A stretch of DNA of 64,000 nucleotides from an uncultured bacterium. Lineage in GTDB: Bacteria; Oederibacteriota; JAAXVQ01; JAUVAV01. Each line of letters begins with the position of its first letter. Within the stretch, counting starts at the first letter, position 1. Location of the stretch: assembly GCA_963710755.1 (NCBI GenBank), contig CAVQBK010000003.1, forward strand, positions 928,001-992,000. Direction: 5' to 3'. The translations under genes and the position numbers were made by a program. The notes beneath the pieces are model-generated. The model was not told where the DNA came from. It was given only the letters and a program-made list of their open reading frames with translations, and did not search any database. Positions 20,998-30,377 of the stretch are shown in pieces.

Positions 20998-21150
20998 GCC
21001 TGCTCCTGGACGGAAAACTTGGCCCCTTCAATTAGACGCTGAGCATCTGTATTCCTAGGGTCGGCCATAACCCGGTCTTGAGTTAAGCTTTTGGGATTAA
21101 GGAAAATTAAAGAAAATTAAAGAAAAAGGTCAATGACGCTCATAAAATAC

Positions 21151-21179
21151 TTGACTAAAAACCCGGCCTTGAGTATATT
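21151..21179 (+). promoter_or_regulatory. sigma70 promoter of rplU-rpmA
   Basis: TTGACT-N17-TATATT with an A-rich upstream tract. Confidence 0.7.
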
Positions 21180-21229
21180 ACTGTCTCTTTTGTCAGGAAC
21201 GGTCGTCCCGTAAGCGGAGGTAGAACATT

Positions 21230-21544
21230 ATGTACGCTGTTATTGAAACCGGTGGAAAACAGTATAAAGTCGATAAAGGCCAGATGATCCAGGTAGAACG
21301 CCTGGACGCTGAGGTCGGTAAGACTGTGGAATTGGAGCGGGTGCTGCTGCTGCATGACGGCGAAGCAGTTACCGTCGGCCGTCCCGTGGTGGAGGGCGCC
21401 AAAGTAGTGGCGCAAGTCATCCGCCAAGGACGGGCTAAAAAAGTCTTGAGTTATAAATATCTGCCGCGTAAACATTCCGCCACCATTCGCGGTCATCGTC
21501 AATATTACACCCAGTTAAAAATTATGGATGTGGTGAAAGGTTAA
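21230..21544 (+). CDS. rplU: 50S ribosomal protein L21
   Basis: MYAVIETGGKQYKV, GHRQYYT. Confidence 0.99.
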   Translation: MYAVIETGGKQYKVDKGQMIQVERLDAEVGKTVELERVLLLHDGEAVTVGRPVVEGAKVVAQVIRQGRAKKVLSYKYLPRKHSATIRGHRQYYTQLKIMDVVKG

Positions 21545-21559
21545 CAGGAGGATAAATCC

Positions 21560-21832
21560 ATGGCTCATAAAAAAGGGCAAGGTTCATCATCAAACGGTCG
21601 CGATTCTGTCGGCCGCAGATTGGGATGCAAACATTTTTCCGGTGAAGTGGTCAAAGCCGGAAGCATTCTGGTGCGTCAACGGGGCACTAAATTCAGACCA
21701 GGTAAAAACGTAGGTATCGGTCGTGATGACACTCTGTTTGCCAAAGTGAATGGCGTGGTGCTTTTTGAAGGCACTGATCATGGCCGGCGCTTTATCTCCG
21801 TGGTGGTACCTGAAGCCAGCACGGCCCAATAA
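21560..21832 (+). CDS. rpmA: 50S ribosomal protein L27
   Basis: [30 protein letters not shown]. Confidence 0.99.
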   Translation: MAHKKGQGSSSNGRDSVGRRLGCKHFSGEVVKAGSILVRQRGTKFRPGKNVGIGRDDTLFAKVNGVVLFEGTDHGRRFISVVVPEASTAQ

Positions 21833-21850
21833 GGTTACATGTCTGCTTAT

Positions 21851-21884
21851 GCCCTAAGGTCATTGACCTTAGGGCTTTTTTTTT
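21851..21884 (+). terminator. intrinsic terminator after rpmA
   Basis: GCCCTAAGGTC-att-GACCTTAGGGC followed by T9. Confidence 0.9.
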
Positions 21885-22022
21885 ACCGTTAAAATCATGG
21901 TTAATCCGAAATCCAATCGGGAGATATCGGTAACCCTTTCCTTTTCTGGGAAAGGGTTACCTCAGTACGCTGCACTTGAGTACGGCGTACTTTATTAGGC
22001 AAAGAAAGAGGCGTTGGGCACA

Positions 22023-23303
22023 ATGCATAAAACGATGTTTATAGACCGCGCGGTTATCACCGTAGTGGCCGGTAAAGGCGGCGACGGGTCCTCTCACTTT
22101 CACCGGGAAAAATTCGTGCCTTTGGGGGGCCCCGACGGTGGTGACGGTGGCAAAGGCGGGGATATTATATTCCAAGCCGAGTCGGGATTGAAAACCTTGG
22201 TGGATTTTTCCTTTAAGCGCAGCTTTGAGGCGGAGCCGGGCCGTCCCGGGCGGGGCCGAAAAATGTACGGCCGCCACGGCAAGGACTGCCTGATTAAAGT
22301 GCCGCAAGGAACCCTGGTCTTTACCCGCGACGGCGAGCAGGTGGCGGATTTAAGCACAGCTCATGAGCAAGTGATTGTGGCCAAAGGCGGTCGTGGCGGG
22401 CGGGGTAACGTGCATTTTGCCACGGCCCTTAAGCGTGCGCCCAAACTGGCGGAAAAAGGCGAGCCGGGCGAAGAAAAAGAGTTGATTTTGGAACTCAAGC
22501 TGCTTGCGGATGTGGGGCTGGTGGGCCTGCCCAATGCCGGCAAATCCACCTTGCTTAAAGCTGTTTCTGCCGCCAATCCCAAAATCGCCGATTATCCTTT
22601 TACCACCTTAACGCCTAATTTGGGACGGGTACGCCTGGATGAAGGTGCCAGCTTTGTCATCGTGGATATTCCCGGACTGATTGAAGGCGCCAGCCAGGGT
22701 CTTGGTTTGGGCCATGAGTTCCTTCGCCATATTGAGCGTAATCGTCTTTTAATCCATGTGGTGGATGTGGGGTTCCCGGAAGTCCATCCCATCGAGGATT
22801 TTGAGGTACTCACTCAAGAACTGGCCGCCTATAATAAGGCCCTGCTAAAACGGCCACAACTGGTGGCCTTAAACAAAGTAGATTTGGTTCAAGATCCGCA
22901 GCTATTACCGGAATTGATGGCCTATTTTAAAAAGAAAAAACTGCAGGTCTTTCCCATCTCGGCAGCCACTAACCAGGGTCTGGACCAACTTATGCAAGCT
23001 GCTAATGAACTGCTTAAGACCATTCCCCAGGAGGCCTTGTTGCCGCCTGTTCACCATGCTGCGGTCAAGGCTCCGGCAGCACGCTTCATCATTATTCCCC
23101 TGGGACCGGGCGCATGGGAAGTCAAGGGCAAGGAAGTGGAAAAATGGGTGGCCATGACGGATTTTGACAATGAAGAAGCGGTTAAAAAATTGAAGGACAT
23201 TTTTGACCGCATTGGCCTTACCCAGGGGTTTCAGGAACACCAGTTCCACAACGGTGATACCATCAAAGTAGGTCATGAAGAATTCATTTATCAGGAAGAT
23301 TAA
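22023..23303 (+). CDS. obgE: GTPase ObgE/CgtA with C-terminal OCT (DUF1967) domain
   Basis: GGPDGGDGGKGG, GLPNAGKST, DYPFTTL, DIPG, NKVD; start could be 22035. Confidence 0.98.
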   Translation: MHKTMFIDRAVITVVAGKGGDGSSHFHREKFVPLGGPDGGDGGKGGDIIFQAESGLKTLVDFSFKRSFEAEPGRPGRGRKMYGRHGKDCLIKVPQGTLVFTRDGEQVADLSTAHEQVIVAKGGRGGRGNVHFATALKRAPKLAEKGEPGEEKELILELKLLADVGLVGLPNAGKSTLLKAVSAANPKIADYPFTTLTPNLGRVRLDEGASFVIVDIPGLIEGASQGLGLGHEFLRHIERNRLLIHVVDVGFPEVHPIEDFEVLTQELAAYNKALLKRPQLVALNKVDLVQDPQLLPELMAYFKKKKLQVFPISAATNQGLDQLMQAANELLKTIPQEALLPPVHHAAVKAPAARFIIIPLGPGAWEVKGKEVEKWVAMTDFDNEEAVKKLKDIFDRIGLTQGFQEHQFHNGDTIKVGHEEFIYQED

Positions 23304-23392
23304 ACTCTGTGGCCGGCGGTCCGGAAGCGTGTTAATTCACTGGCTTAAGCCCGGCGCTCATACTATAATTTTTGAAAAACCTCAGGATGGCC

Positions 23393-24526
23393 ATGGATAA
23401 GCGCTATTTGTTAAAAAAATGCAAACGTATCGTCGTTAAAATCGGATCTGCCCTCTTGACTGATGAGCAGGGGTTGCTCAAAACCCGGTTCATGGGCAAA
23501 CTGGCCAAGGAAATCAACTTGCTCAGGAGTCAAGGCCGTGAAGTGATTCTGGTCAGTTCCGGTGCCATTGCCGCGGGCTTGCAGGTCATGAAGAAACCGC
23601 GCCGTCTGGCCACTATTCCCGCCAAACAAGCCATGGCCGCCATTGGTCAACCAAGGTTAATGCAAGCCTACAGCCGTGCCTTTGGGCGCCAGGGGCTGCA
23701 CGTGGCACAGGTACTGCTGACCTCGGAAGACATCCATCACCGGGAACGCTACGCCCATGCCCGCAATGCGCTCTTGGAAATATTGAAGCAAAAGGTAATT
23801 CCCATCTTTAATGAAAACGACACGGTGGCAGTCAGTGAGATCAAATTCGGCAATAATGATATTCTCTCCGCCCATATTACCAACTTGGCGGAAGCAGATG
23901 CACTGGTGATCCTGACCGATGTGGATGGGCTCTATACTCATAATCCTCGCCTTAATCCTCAGGCCCGTCTGGTTGGGGAAGTGGAAAAAATAGACGCCTC
24001 CATTGTTGCCATGGCCTCCGGCCATGGCAACAGCTTGGGCACGGGCGGTATGACCTCTAAACTTAAAGCTGCCGAGAATGTGGTGGGCTTTGGCGAAGAA
24101 ATGATCATTGCCAATGGCCGGCTACCGCTGGTGTTACCCCGGATTATGACCGGTGAGCCCATTGGTACTATATTTTATCCTCGCGGCGATAAGTTGGCAG
24201 CCCGTAAAAGCTGGATTGCCTTTGCCCTCAAAGCCAGAGGCAGCCTGCAATTGGACCAGGGTGCCTGGCAAGCCATCAAAAATCAAGGCAGGAGCCTTCT
24301 GCCTTCAGGCGTCAAAAGCGTAAGCGGTGCGTTCCGCCAAGGTGATTGTGTGGAACTCAAAGATCAGCAAGGCCGTGTCTTTGCCCGGGGTCTGATCAAT
24401 TATGATGCCCAGGCCGTGCAAGCTCTGCTGGGGGCTAAAACCTCGGAAATTGAGGACCGTCTTGGTTATAAAAATAGTGACGAGTTGATCCACCGTAATG
24501 ACCTGGTGGTGCTCAATTCAGATTAA
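23393..24526 (+). CDS. proB: glutamate 5-kinase with PUA domain
   Basis: VVKIGS, VSSGAIAAG, NENDTV, FGNND, GTGGMTSK, SLLPSGV. Confidence 0.98.
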   Translation: MDKRYLLKKCKRIVVKIGSALLTDEQGLLKTRFMGKLAKEINLLRSQGREVILVSSGAIAAGLQVMKKPRRLATIPAKQAMAAIGQPRLMQAYSRAFGRQGLHVAQVLLTSEDIHHRERYAHARNALLEILKQKVIPIFNENDTVAVSEIKFGNNDILSAHITNLAEADALVILTDVDGLYTHNPRLNPQARLVGEVEKIDASIVAMASGHGNSLGTGGMTSKLKAAENVVGFGEEMIIANGRLPLVLPRIMTGEPIGTIFYPRGDKLAARKSWIAFALKARGSLQLDQGAWQAIKNQGRSLLPSGVKSVSGAFRQGDCVELKDQQGRVFARGLINYDAQAVQALLGAKTSEIEDRLGYKNSDELIHRNDLVVLNSD

Positions 24527-24580
24527 ACTCAAAAATGACAGGCCCTGTCCTTGGCGATGTGGGCGCTGAAGGAGGACAAT

Positions 24581-25837
24581 ATGTCTTTACGTAATGACAT
24601 TATCAAGCTGGCCACCGCAGCCAAAGCAGCAGCGCGCCAATTGGCCGGTGCCAGTGCCACCCAAAAAAATCAAGCTCTGCAGTATATGGCCGAACACTTG
24701 TGGGTTCATCGCCAGGAAATCATGGACGCCAATCAACGCGATTTGGCGGCCGCCAAAGAAGCCGGTACCAGCGGCGCTCTGCTGGACCGGTTGACGCTGA
24801 ATGACCAGCGCATTCAGGCCATGGCCACGGGGCTGCGCGAGATCGCGGAACTGCCCGATCCGGTGGGGGAAGTGGAGCATGAAATCGTACGGCCCAACGG
24901 CTTACGCATAGGCAAAAGGCGAGTGCCTTTGGGCGTGCTGGGCATGGTCTATGAAGCCCGTCCTAATGTCACCGCCGATGCGGCCGGCTTATGCCTGAAA
25001 TCAGGCAATGCCGTCATTCTGCGCGGCGGCAGTGAAGCCAGCCATAGCAATGCAGCCATCGGCAAGTGGGTGGCCGAAGGCGTCGTTCAGGCCGGATTGC
25101 CCGCAGCCAGCGTGCAGGTGATAGCCACCACAGACCGTCAAGCTGTAACGGAATTACTGACCCTGGACGGATATATTGATTGCGTCATTCCCCGGGGCGG
25201 ACGGTCCTTTTTGAATTGGGTGGCCACTACGGCTACGGTCCCGGTCATCCGCCATGGCGATGGCAATTGTCATGTTTACATTGATGCCACCGCTGATTTG
25301 GAAATGGCGTCAGATATTACCTTTAACGCCAAGGTCCAGCGTCCAGGCGTTTGCAATGCCGTTGAAACCTTGCTGGTGCATCAAGATATCGCCGATGCGC
25401 TTTTGCCGTTATTATTACCCCGGCTGGAAGAGGCAGACGTGGAACTTAGGGGATGTGAACGAACCAAAGCTATTTATCCCCAGGTCAACCCTGCCACGGA
25501 GCAGGATTGGGCCACTGAGTTTTTAGAGTTGATCCTGGCTGTTCGCGTTGTGGATGATCTGAAGGCCGCTGTGGACCACATTGCCCAATACGGCAGCGGC
25601 CATTCGGAAGCCATTGTGACCAGTGATTATTTTAATGCCGAACGCTTTTTAAATGAAGTGGATGCAGCTTCGGTTTTTGTCAATGCTTCCACTCGTTTTG
25701 CCGATGGCGGGGAATTCGGCCTGGGGGCGGAGATCGGCATTTCCACGCAAAAACTGCACGCTCGCGGGCCCATGGGCATCCGGGAACTGACCACCACCAA
25801 GTACGTGGTGCGTGGCCAGGGACAGATTCGAAAATAG
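24581..25837 (+). CDS. proA: gamma-glutamyl phosphate reductase
   Basis: YEARPNVT, PRGG, GNCHVY, VCNAVET, GAEIGISTQKLHARGPMG. Confidence 0.98.
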   Translation: MSLRNDIIKLATAAKAAARQLAGASATQKNQALQYMAEHLWVHRQEIMDANQRDLAAAKEAGTSGALLDRLTLNDQRIQAMATGLREIAELPDPVGEVEHEIVRPNGLRIGKRRVPLGVLGMVYEARPNVTADAAGLCLKSGNAVILRGGSEASHSNAAIGKWVAEGVVQAGLPAASVQVIATTDRQAVTELLTLDGYIDCVIPRGGRSFLNWVATTATVPVIRHGDGNCHVYIDATADLEMASDITFNAKVQRPGVCNAVETLLVHQDIADALLPLLLPRLEEADVELRGCERTKAIYPQVNPATEQDWATEFLELILAVRVVDDLKAAVDHIAQYGSGHSEAIVTSDYFNAERFLNEVDAASVFVNASTRFADGGEFGLGAEIGISTQKLHARGPMGIRELTTTKYVVRGQGQIRK

Positions 25838-25872
25838 GAAATAGAGAATCGGAAATTGAGAGAAGAGCGATA

Positions 25873-26487
25873 ATGAATATCGGGATTTTTGGAGGGACTT
25901 TCGATCCCATCCACGTGGGGCATTTACGGGCAGCCGAAGAAGTGGCCGAAAAATGTCACCTGGATGAAGTGCTGTTTGTACCAGCCGGCCGGCCGCCTCA
26001 TCGGCGATCACCGTTGGCTGCGCCTGATCACCGCCTGGCCATGACCCGCTTGGCTATTAAAAAAAATCCGAAATTCAGAATCTCAACTTTGGAAATAGAC
26101 AAATCCAGCAAAGCCTATACCATTGAAACCGTGCGCACTCTGGTGCAGCGCCGGCCCCTGGATCGCTTCCATCTTATCTTGGGCGCAGACCAATGCATGC
26201 TTTTCCAGCAATGGCACGAACCAAACCAGCTGTTAAAACTTTGTAAAGTGATTGCCATGTCCAGACCGGGCTTATCCCTGGTGGATGTACAACGAGTCTT
26301 GGCACCACTGGTGAACCACGATCTGGACAGTCATGTGAGGATGATCAATGTCTGCCAACTGGATATCTCCTCCACGGATATTCGGCACCGGTTGCAGCAA
26401 AGCCGCTCCATCCGTTATCTAGTCACACCGGAAGTGGAGACCTATATTCATACCCATCATTTATACACCTCTTCAGCTATCCTCTAA
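25873..26487 (+). CDS. nadD: nicotinate-nucleotide adenylyltransferase
   Basis: GGTFDPIHVGH, ILGAD, ISSTDIR. Confidence 0.97.
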   Translation: MNIGIFGGTFDPIHVGHLRAAEEVAEKCHLDEVLFVPAGRPPHRRSPLAAPDHRLAMTRLAIKKNPKFRISTLEIDKSSKAYTIETVRTLVQRRPLDRFHLILGADQCMLFQQWHEPNQLLKLCKVIAMSRPGLSLVDVQRVLAPLVNHDLDSHVRMINVCQLDISSTDIRHRLQQSRSIRYLVTPEVETYIHTHHLYTSSAIL

Positions 26488-26543
26488 AGTTCCCCCTCAG
26501 CCTGGCCGAGACTCTGTCTAACAAATTCATTCCAGGTGAAGTT

Positions 26544-27308
26544 ATGTTCGGTGAATTAAGCAATGTCAGTGTAGGCGGAATGCTACGGCTCATTTCCGCG
26601 TTCAACCAAACCGGTCGGCTCAAGGTGCGCGGTGAAGACGGCCAAGGCGAAATTTATCTGGAATCAGGCCGTATTGTAGGTACCGGCAAACCCAACAAGG
26701 ACATCGGTACGGAAGTGCTGCGCCTGCTGCTGTTGAAGAAAGGCTTTTTTCACTTCCAAGCCATGGAGGCCATTCCGTCTGACAAAGCCAACGGCATGGC
26801 CGAAGACGTGGAGAATCTTATTATTGAGGCCTCGCGTCGTTGTGATGCCGAGGAAGCGCAAGAGTATTTGCCTTCTTTGGAAACCGTGGTGCAGTTGGCG
26901 CCCATTCAAGGCGAGCGGTCTCAGATTCAAATCAAATTGCAAAAAGACGAATGGAATATGCTGACTAGGATCAATGGGGAAGATCCCATCATCACCATTA
27001 TCGAAAAAAGCAAGCTGGAGCAGGGGCGGGCCATCCAGATTTTTTACGGACTCTTGTCCGCCGGGATCATTCGTAAAATCCGTTTTAAAATTCCACGGGT
27101 CATGGAGATTGCCAACCAGGAGCTGGGCAATATGGGCGAGGCCCTGGTGCGTCAGGCTTTTCGCAAATTGAAACTCGATCAGAGCCGTATGCACATGAAA
27201 GAATTAATTGCACTCTTAAATGAACTGGAAAGAAGCATTACTCTGCTCTTGGGACCAACCCGCGCCGGCCATGTAATCGGACTGATGTGGGAAGGGTCAA
27301 AACGCTGA
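26544..27308 (+). CDS. DUF4388 (PATAN-like) domain protein with winged-helix and C-terminal helical domain
   Basis: MFGELSNVSVGGMLRLI..QTGRL..GEIYLESGRIV, GFFHF, ENLIIEASRR.D; EWNMLTRING..FYGLLSAGII. Confidence 0.82.
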   Translation: MFGELSNVSVGGMLRLISAFNQTGRLKVRGEDGQGEIYLESGRIVGTGKPNKDIGTEVLRLLLLKKGFFHFQAMEAIPSDKANGMAEDVENLIIEASRRCDAEEAQEYLPSLETVVQLAPIQGERSQIQIKLQKDEWNMLTRINGEDPIITIIEKSKLEQGRAIQIFYGLLSAGIIRKIRFKIPRVMEIANQELGNMGEALVRQAFRKLKLDQSRMHMKELIALLNELERSITLLLGPTRAGHVIGLMWEGSKR

Positions 27309-27324
27309 CCATTGAGGTGAGGGT

Positions 27325-27708
27325 ATGAATGAACAGATGTGGGAAGCGGCCAGTTATCTGGTGGCCATCTTTGGCAGCATTTTATTATGGATCAATTACG
27401 CGCTCTTTGGGCTGATCGCCCGGCGCTATGGCCAGGTGTTTGGGAAGATCACGTACAGTTCCTTGCTCATTTTGGCTCCCACTGGTTTGCTGGTTTATAC
27501 ATTGTTTCTGATTTTAAAAGCCACGCCGCTGTTACAGGATGCCCAAGCTGCACAAGTCGCGGAGTGGGTGGCTTATCTGGCGCTGGTGGCCTCAGGGTTC
27601 TTTTGTCTGCTTGGCATTGCCCGGTTTTCCGGCGTGCTGGGTCAAGTCACGCGACCGGTCGCGCCTGATGAACCGGCACAGGCCGCAGCCAAAGGAGGAA
27701 ACGCATGA
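27325..27708 (+). CDS. hypothetical 3-TM membrane protein
   Basis: Three hydrophobic helices, RBS present, ATGA overlap with the next gene. Confidence 0.8.
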   Translation: MNEQMWEAASYLVAIFGSILLWINYALFGLIARRYGQVFGKITYSSLLILAPTGLLVYTLFLILKATPLLQDAQAAQVAEWVAYLALVASGFFCLLGIARFSGVLGQVTRPVAPDEPAQAAAKGGNA

Positions 27709-28076
27709 ACATGATTGAGTGGTTCCGGCATTATCCTCTGGCAGCGCTGCCTTATGAGATTGGATTTATCCTTTTGGCTTTATCCATGATTTGGTATAGT
27801 ATGGTGCTGAAAAAAATGATCGCCATTATTCACGAACGCCCTGTGTGGGTATTGCCCTTGATCGGATCGTTGTTTATTTTAGCATCAGTGGTCATGCATT
27901 CCATTGCTTACGTGGTGCTGCTACCGCAGATGGATGCCTTGAATTCCCTCGAAGAGATTAACCGGTTTAGTGCCTTCATGTTGCAATGGCGGGCTTGGTC
28001 ACTGGTAGCTATTCTCATGGGCGGCCTCTTCTCTTTGGTGGGTGGCAGCTTTTATTATCGCTGGACGACACGATAG
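27705..28076 (+). CDS. hypothetical 3-TM membrane protein
   Basis: AAGGAGG RBS; three hydrophobic helices. Confidence 0.8.
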   Translation: MNMIEWFRHYPLAALPYEIGFILLALSMIWYSMVLKKMIAIIHERPVWVLPLIGSLFILASVVMHSIAYVVLLPQMDALNSLEEINRFSAFMLQWRAWSLVAILMGGLFSLVGGSFYYRWTTR

Positions 28077-28085
28077 GAGGCAGTG

Positions 28086-28460
28086 ATGAGCAAGTACAGG
28101 ATCATGGTGGTTGATGATGAGCCGGACATCGTTAAGCTGGTTAAGATCTCCCTGGAGATGGCCAACTTTGAGGTGATTGAAGCCTATTCGGGTGTGGAAG
28201 CTTTGGAAAAAGTGAAGAGCATTATCCCCGATCTTTTTCTGCTCGATATCATGATGCCCGATATGAATGGTTATCAAGTGTGTGAAAAATTAAAAGCCAA
28301 CGACAAAACCAAGAGCATTCCCGTAGTTATGCTCACAGCCAAGGGCCAGCGGGGTGATGCTGAGCAAGGCCTCAAGGTCGGGGCCGATGATTATATTATC
28401 AAGCCCTTTGACCCTTATGAGTTGGGAGAGCAAATTTCAGAAATCCTTAATAATGCCTAG
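28086..28460 (+). CDS. stand-alone response regulator (receiver only)
   Basis: VVDDE, LLDIMMPDMNG, LTA, GADDYIIKPF; no output domain. Confidence 0.95.
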   Translation: MSKYRIMVVDDEPDIVKLVKISLEMANFEVIEAYSGVEALEKVKSIIPDLFLLDIMMPDMNGYQVCEKLKANDKTKSIPVVMLTAKGQRGDAEQGLKVGADDYIIKPFDPYELGEQISEILNNA

Positions 28461-28504
28461 CCTTTTTAATTGGCGAAAAAATAGCGAACAAAATAAGAAA
28501 AGTA

Positions 28505-28533
28505 TTGACAAATATGACAGGGATCATTAGAAT
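28505..28533 (+). promoter_or_regulatory. sigma70 promoter of dinB
   Basis: TTGACA-N17-TAGAAT. Confidence 0.8.
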
Positions 28534-28571
28534 TTAATCAATGAAAGAAAGTCATTTTTTTTAATGTCGAT

Positions 28572-28586
28572 GTTCGCCTTTTGTTC
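28572..28586 (+). promoter_or_regulatory. candidate LexA operator GTTC-N7-GTTC
   Basis: GTTCgccttttGTTC between the promoter and dinB; oppositely oriented GAAA-N7-GAAC-N7-GAAA at 28475-28500. Confidence 0.55.
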
Positions 28587-28617
28587 GATTGAAATCTTGG
28601 GGTAGTGGCAAAGGACT

Positions 28618-29790
28618 ATGATGGCACACATGATTTTTCATCTTGATCTCGATGTTTTTTTTGTGGCGGTCGAGCGCTTGCTCGATCCTAGCTTGGAGGG
28701 CAAAGCCGTGATCGTTTCTCCGGGCACGGCCAGAAGCGTGGTGGCCACAGCCTCCTATGAGGCCCGCCGCTTTGGTGTTTATTCCGCCCAGCCTTTGGCG
28801 TTGGCCCGCAGGCTTTGTCCTCAGGCTGTGATTTGTCCCGGCCATTTCAAAGACTACCAGCACTATTCAAGGGCCTTTTTCCAAATTTTACGAAATTATT
28901 CTCCCCTGCTTGAACCGGCTTCGCTTGACGAAGCCTACCTGGATTACACGGGGTGTGAACAGCTTTTCGGTGCGCCTTTGGCCGGCGCCGCAGCCATTCA
29001 AAAGCAGGTGAAAGAAAAACTGGGCCTCGATGTCAGCGTGGGGGTGGCTACATCCAAAGTAACCGCCAAGATCGCTTCTGATTTGGCCAAGCCAGCCGGT
29101 CTATTGATGGTCTGCCCCGGACAGGAGACTGCTTTTTTAAGCCCTTTGCCCATCCGGCGTCTGCCTGGTGTGGGACCCAAAAGTGAGCCGCGCATGAAGA
29201 CCTTGGGACTTCACCGTATCGGGGATCTGATGAAGGTGCCGCCCGCATTTTTAAGCAGGGCCTTTGGCAGTCAGGGACCGTGGCTGCAGCAGCTGGCGCA
29301 AGGGCAGGATGACAGCCCGGTCAGGCCCCGGGCCGCAGCCAAGTCCATTGGTCATGAAGAAACGTTTTTGGAAGATGTGACGGACCCTGAAAAACTCCGT
29401 CATGCCCTGCAGCGCCTGACTTGCGAGGTAGGGTACCGTCTGCGCAAGCATGGGTTTAAGGCGCGCACCATCAGCGTCAAGATCCGTTATGCGGACTTCT
29501 CTTTGCATGGCCATGCCAAAACCCTGGACAGTGCCACCAATGTGGACCGCCTGCTTTTTGAGACAGCGCAGGAATTGCTCGCGCAACTATGGGCACGGCG
29601 AGTGAGGATACGACTGTTGGGTATAACGGCCCGCAATCTGGAACACGCGCCCGATCAATTACAACTCTTCAGCAGCTGCCGTCATGCGGCCTGGGAACGG
29701 CTGCACGCTGCGGCTGATCAGGTCAAACGGCGCTATGGCTATGACAGCCTGCGCCCTGCCAGCCTGCTGCGGCAGGACGCGGAAGGGTAG
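28618..29790 (+). CDS. dinB: DNA polymerase IV (Y family)
   Basis: HLDLDVFFVAVE, ASYEARRFGV, SLDEAYLD, AKIASDLAKP, KSIGHEETF; QLQLF clamp-binding motif. Confidence 0.95.
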   Translation: MMAHMIFHLDLDVFFVAVERLLDPSLEGKAVIVSPGTARSVVATASYEARRFGVYSAQPLALARRLCPQAVICPGHFKDYQHYSRAFFQILRNYSPLLEPASLDEAYLDYTGCEQLFGAPLAGAAAIQKQVKEKLGLDVSVGVATSKVTAKIASDLAKPAGLLMVCPGQETAFLSPLPIRRLPGVGPKSEPRMKTLGLHRIGDLMKVPPAFLSRAFGSQGPWLQQLAQGQDDSPVRPRAAAKSIGHEETFLEDVTDPEKLRHALQRLTCEVGYRLRKHGFKARTISVKIRYADFSLHGHAKTLDSATNVDRLLFETAQELLAQLWARRVRIRLLGITARNLEHAPDQLQLFSSCRHAAWERLHAAADQVKRRYGYDSLRPASLLRQDAEG

Positions 29791-29820
29791 GATCGCCGCG
29801 AGGAGGTCAACGATGCTGAT

Positions 29821-29845
29821 GCAGGGAACGGTCGCGACCATTCCC
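29821..29845. repeat. REP-like palindrome
   Basis: GCAGGGAACGGTCGCGACCATTCCC, near-perfect inverted repeat; related copy at 30243-30272. Confidence 0.55.
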
Positions 29846-29900
29846 GGGGGACAGAGGGGCTTTAGCAAGAGGGAACCCATTTCAGGCAGGAGGAAAAGTC

Positions 29901-30182
29901 ATGTCCCCGGAAACCAAGAGCAAAGGCTATGTGTTTATCATGGCCGACCGCGGTAATAACATGATTGCCATGGACGTTACCGCTGATTTAAAGAAAAAAA
30001 TGGCCGGCTACAAGAAAATCACGCAAAGCATCAAATTGGTTTATTACGAGCCCTTCGCCAAACACCATCACGCCGTTAAAAGGCTGGCGGATCTCTCGTC
30101 TTTGCCCAAGAAACAAAAATTCGAACTCATCACCCGTCACAATCCCGATTGGCATGATCTGACGAAGGCGTTAGAGGGGTGA
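29901..30182 (+). CDS. degenerate GIY-YIG (YhbQ-like) protein
   Basis: GYVFIMA, VTADL, KLVYYE, NPDWHDL match the family scaffold; catalytic positions altered; AGGAGG RBS. Confidence 0.75.
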   Translation: MSPETKSKGYVFIMADRGNNMIAMDVTADLKKKMAGYKKITQSIKLVYYEPFAKHHHAVKRLADLSSLPKKQKFELITRHNPDWHDLTKALEG

Positions 30183-30242
30183 TAAAAGCCGGGCAGCAAT
30201 CACAACTCGTTAAAAATAAAATATGATGGTAACATCCAAATT

Positions 30243-30320
30243 GCAGGGAATACGGTTGCGACCGCTCCCTACGACGACAGATGCCGGTCTGGTGTGTAGG
30301 GACAGGTCTTGTGTTTGCCC
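30243..30320. repeat. two adjacent degenerate REP-like palindromes
   Basis: GCAGGGAATACGGTTGCGACCGCTCCCTAC and GTAGGGACAGGTCTTGTGTTTGCCC. Confidence 0.5.
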
Positions 30321-30377
30321 AGGAGTGGAAAAAATGATTTCCCATAACAGCGGATCATCAACGAAAGGAGAATCACA

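Noticed and set aside
21101-21126. GAAAATTAAA tandem duplication
   Set aside because: Two short low-complexity copies; explainable as an A-tract upstream of the rplU promoter.
28618-29790. ImuB call
   Set aside because: Catalytic acidic residues are intact, so DinB fits better.
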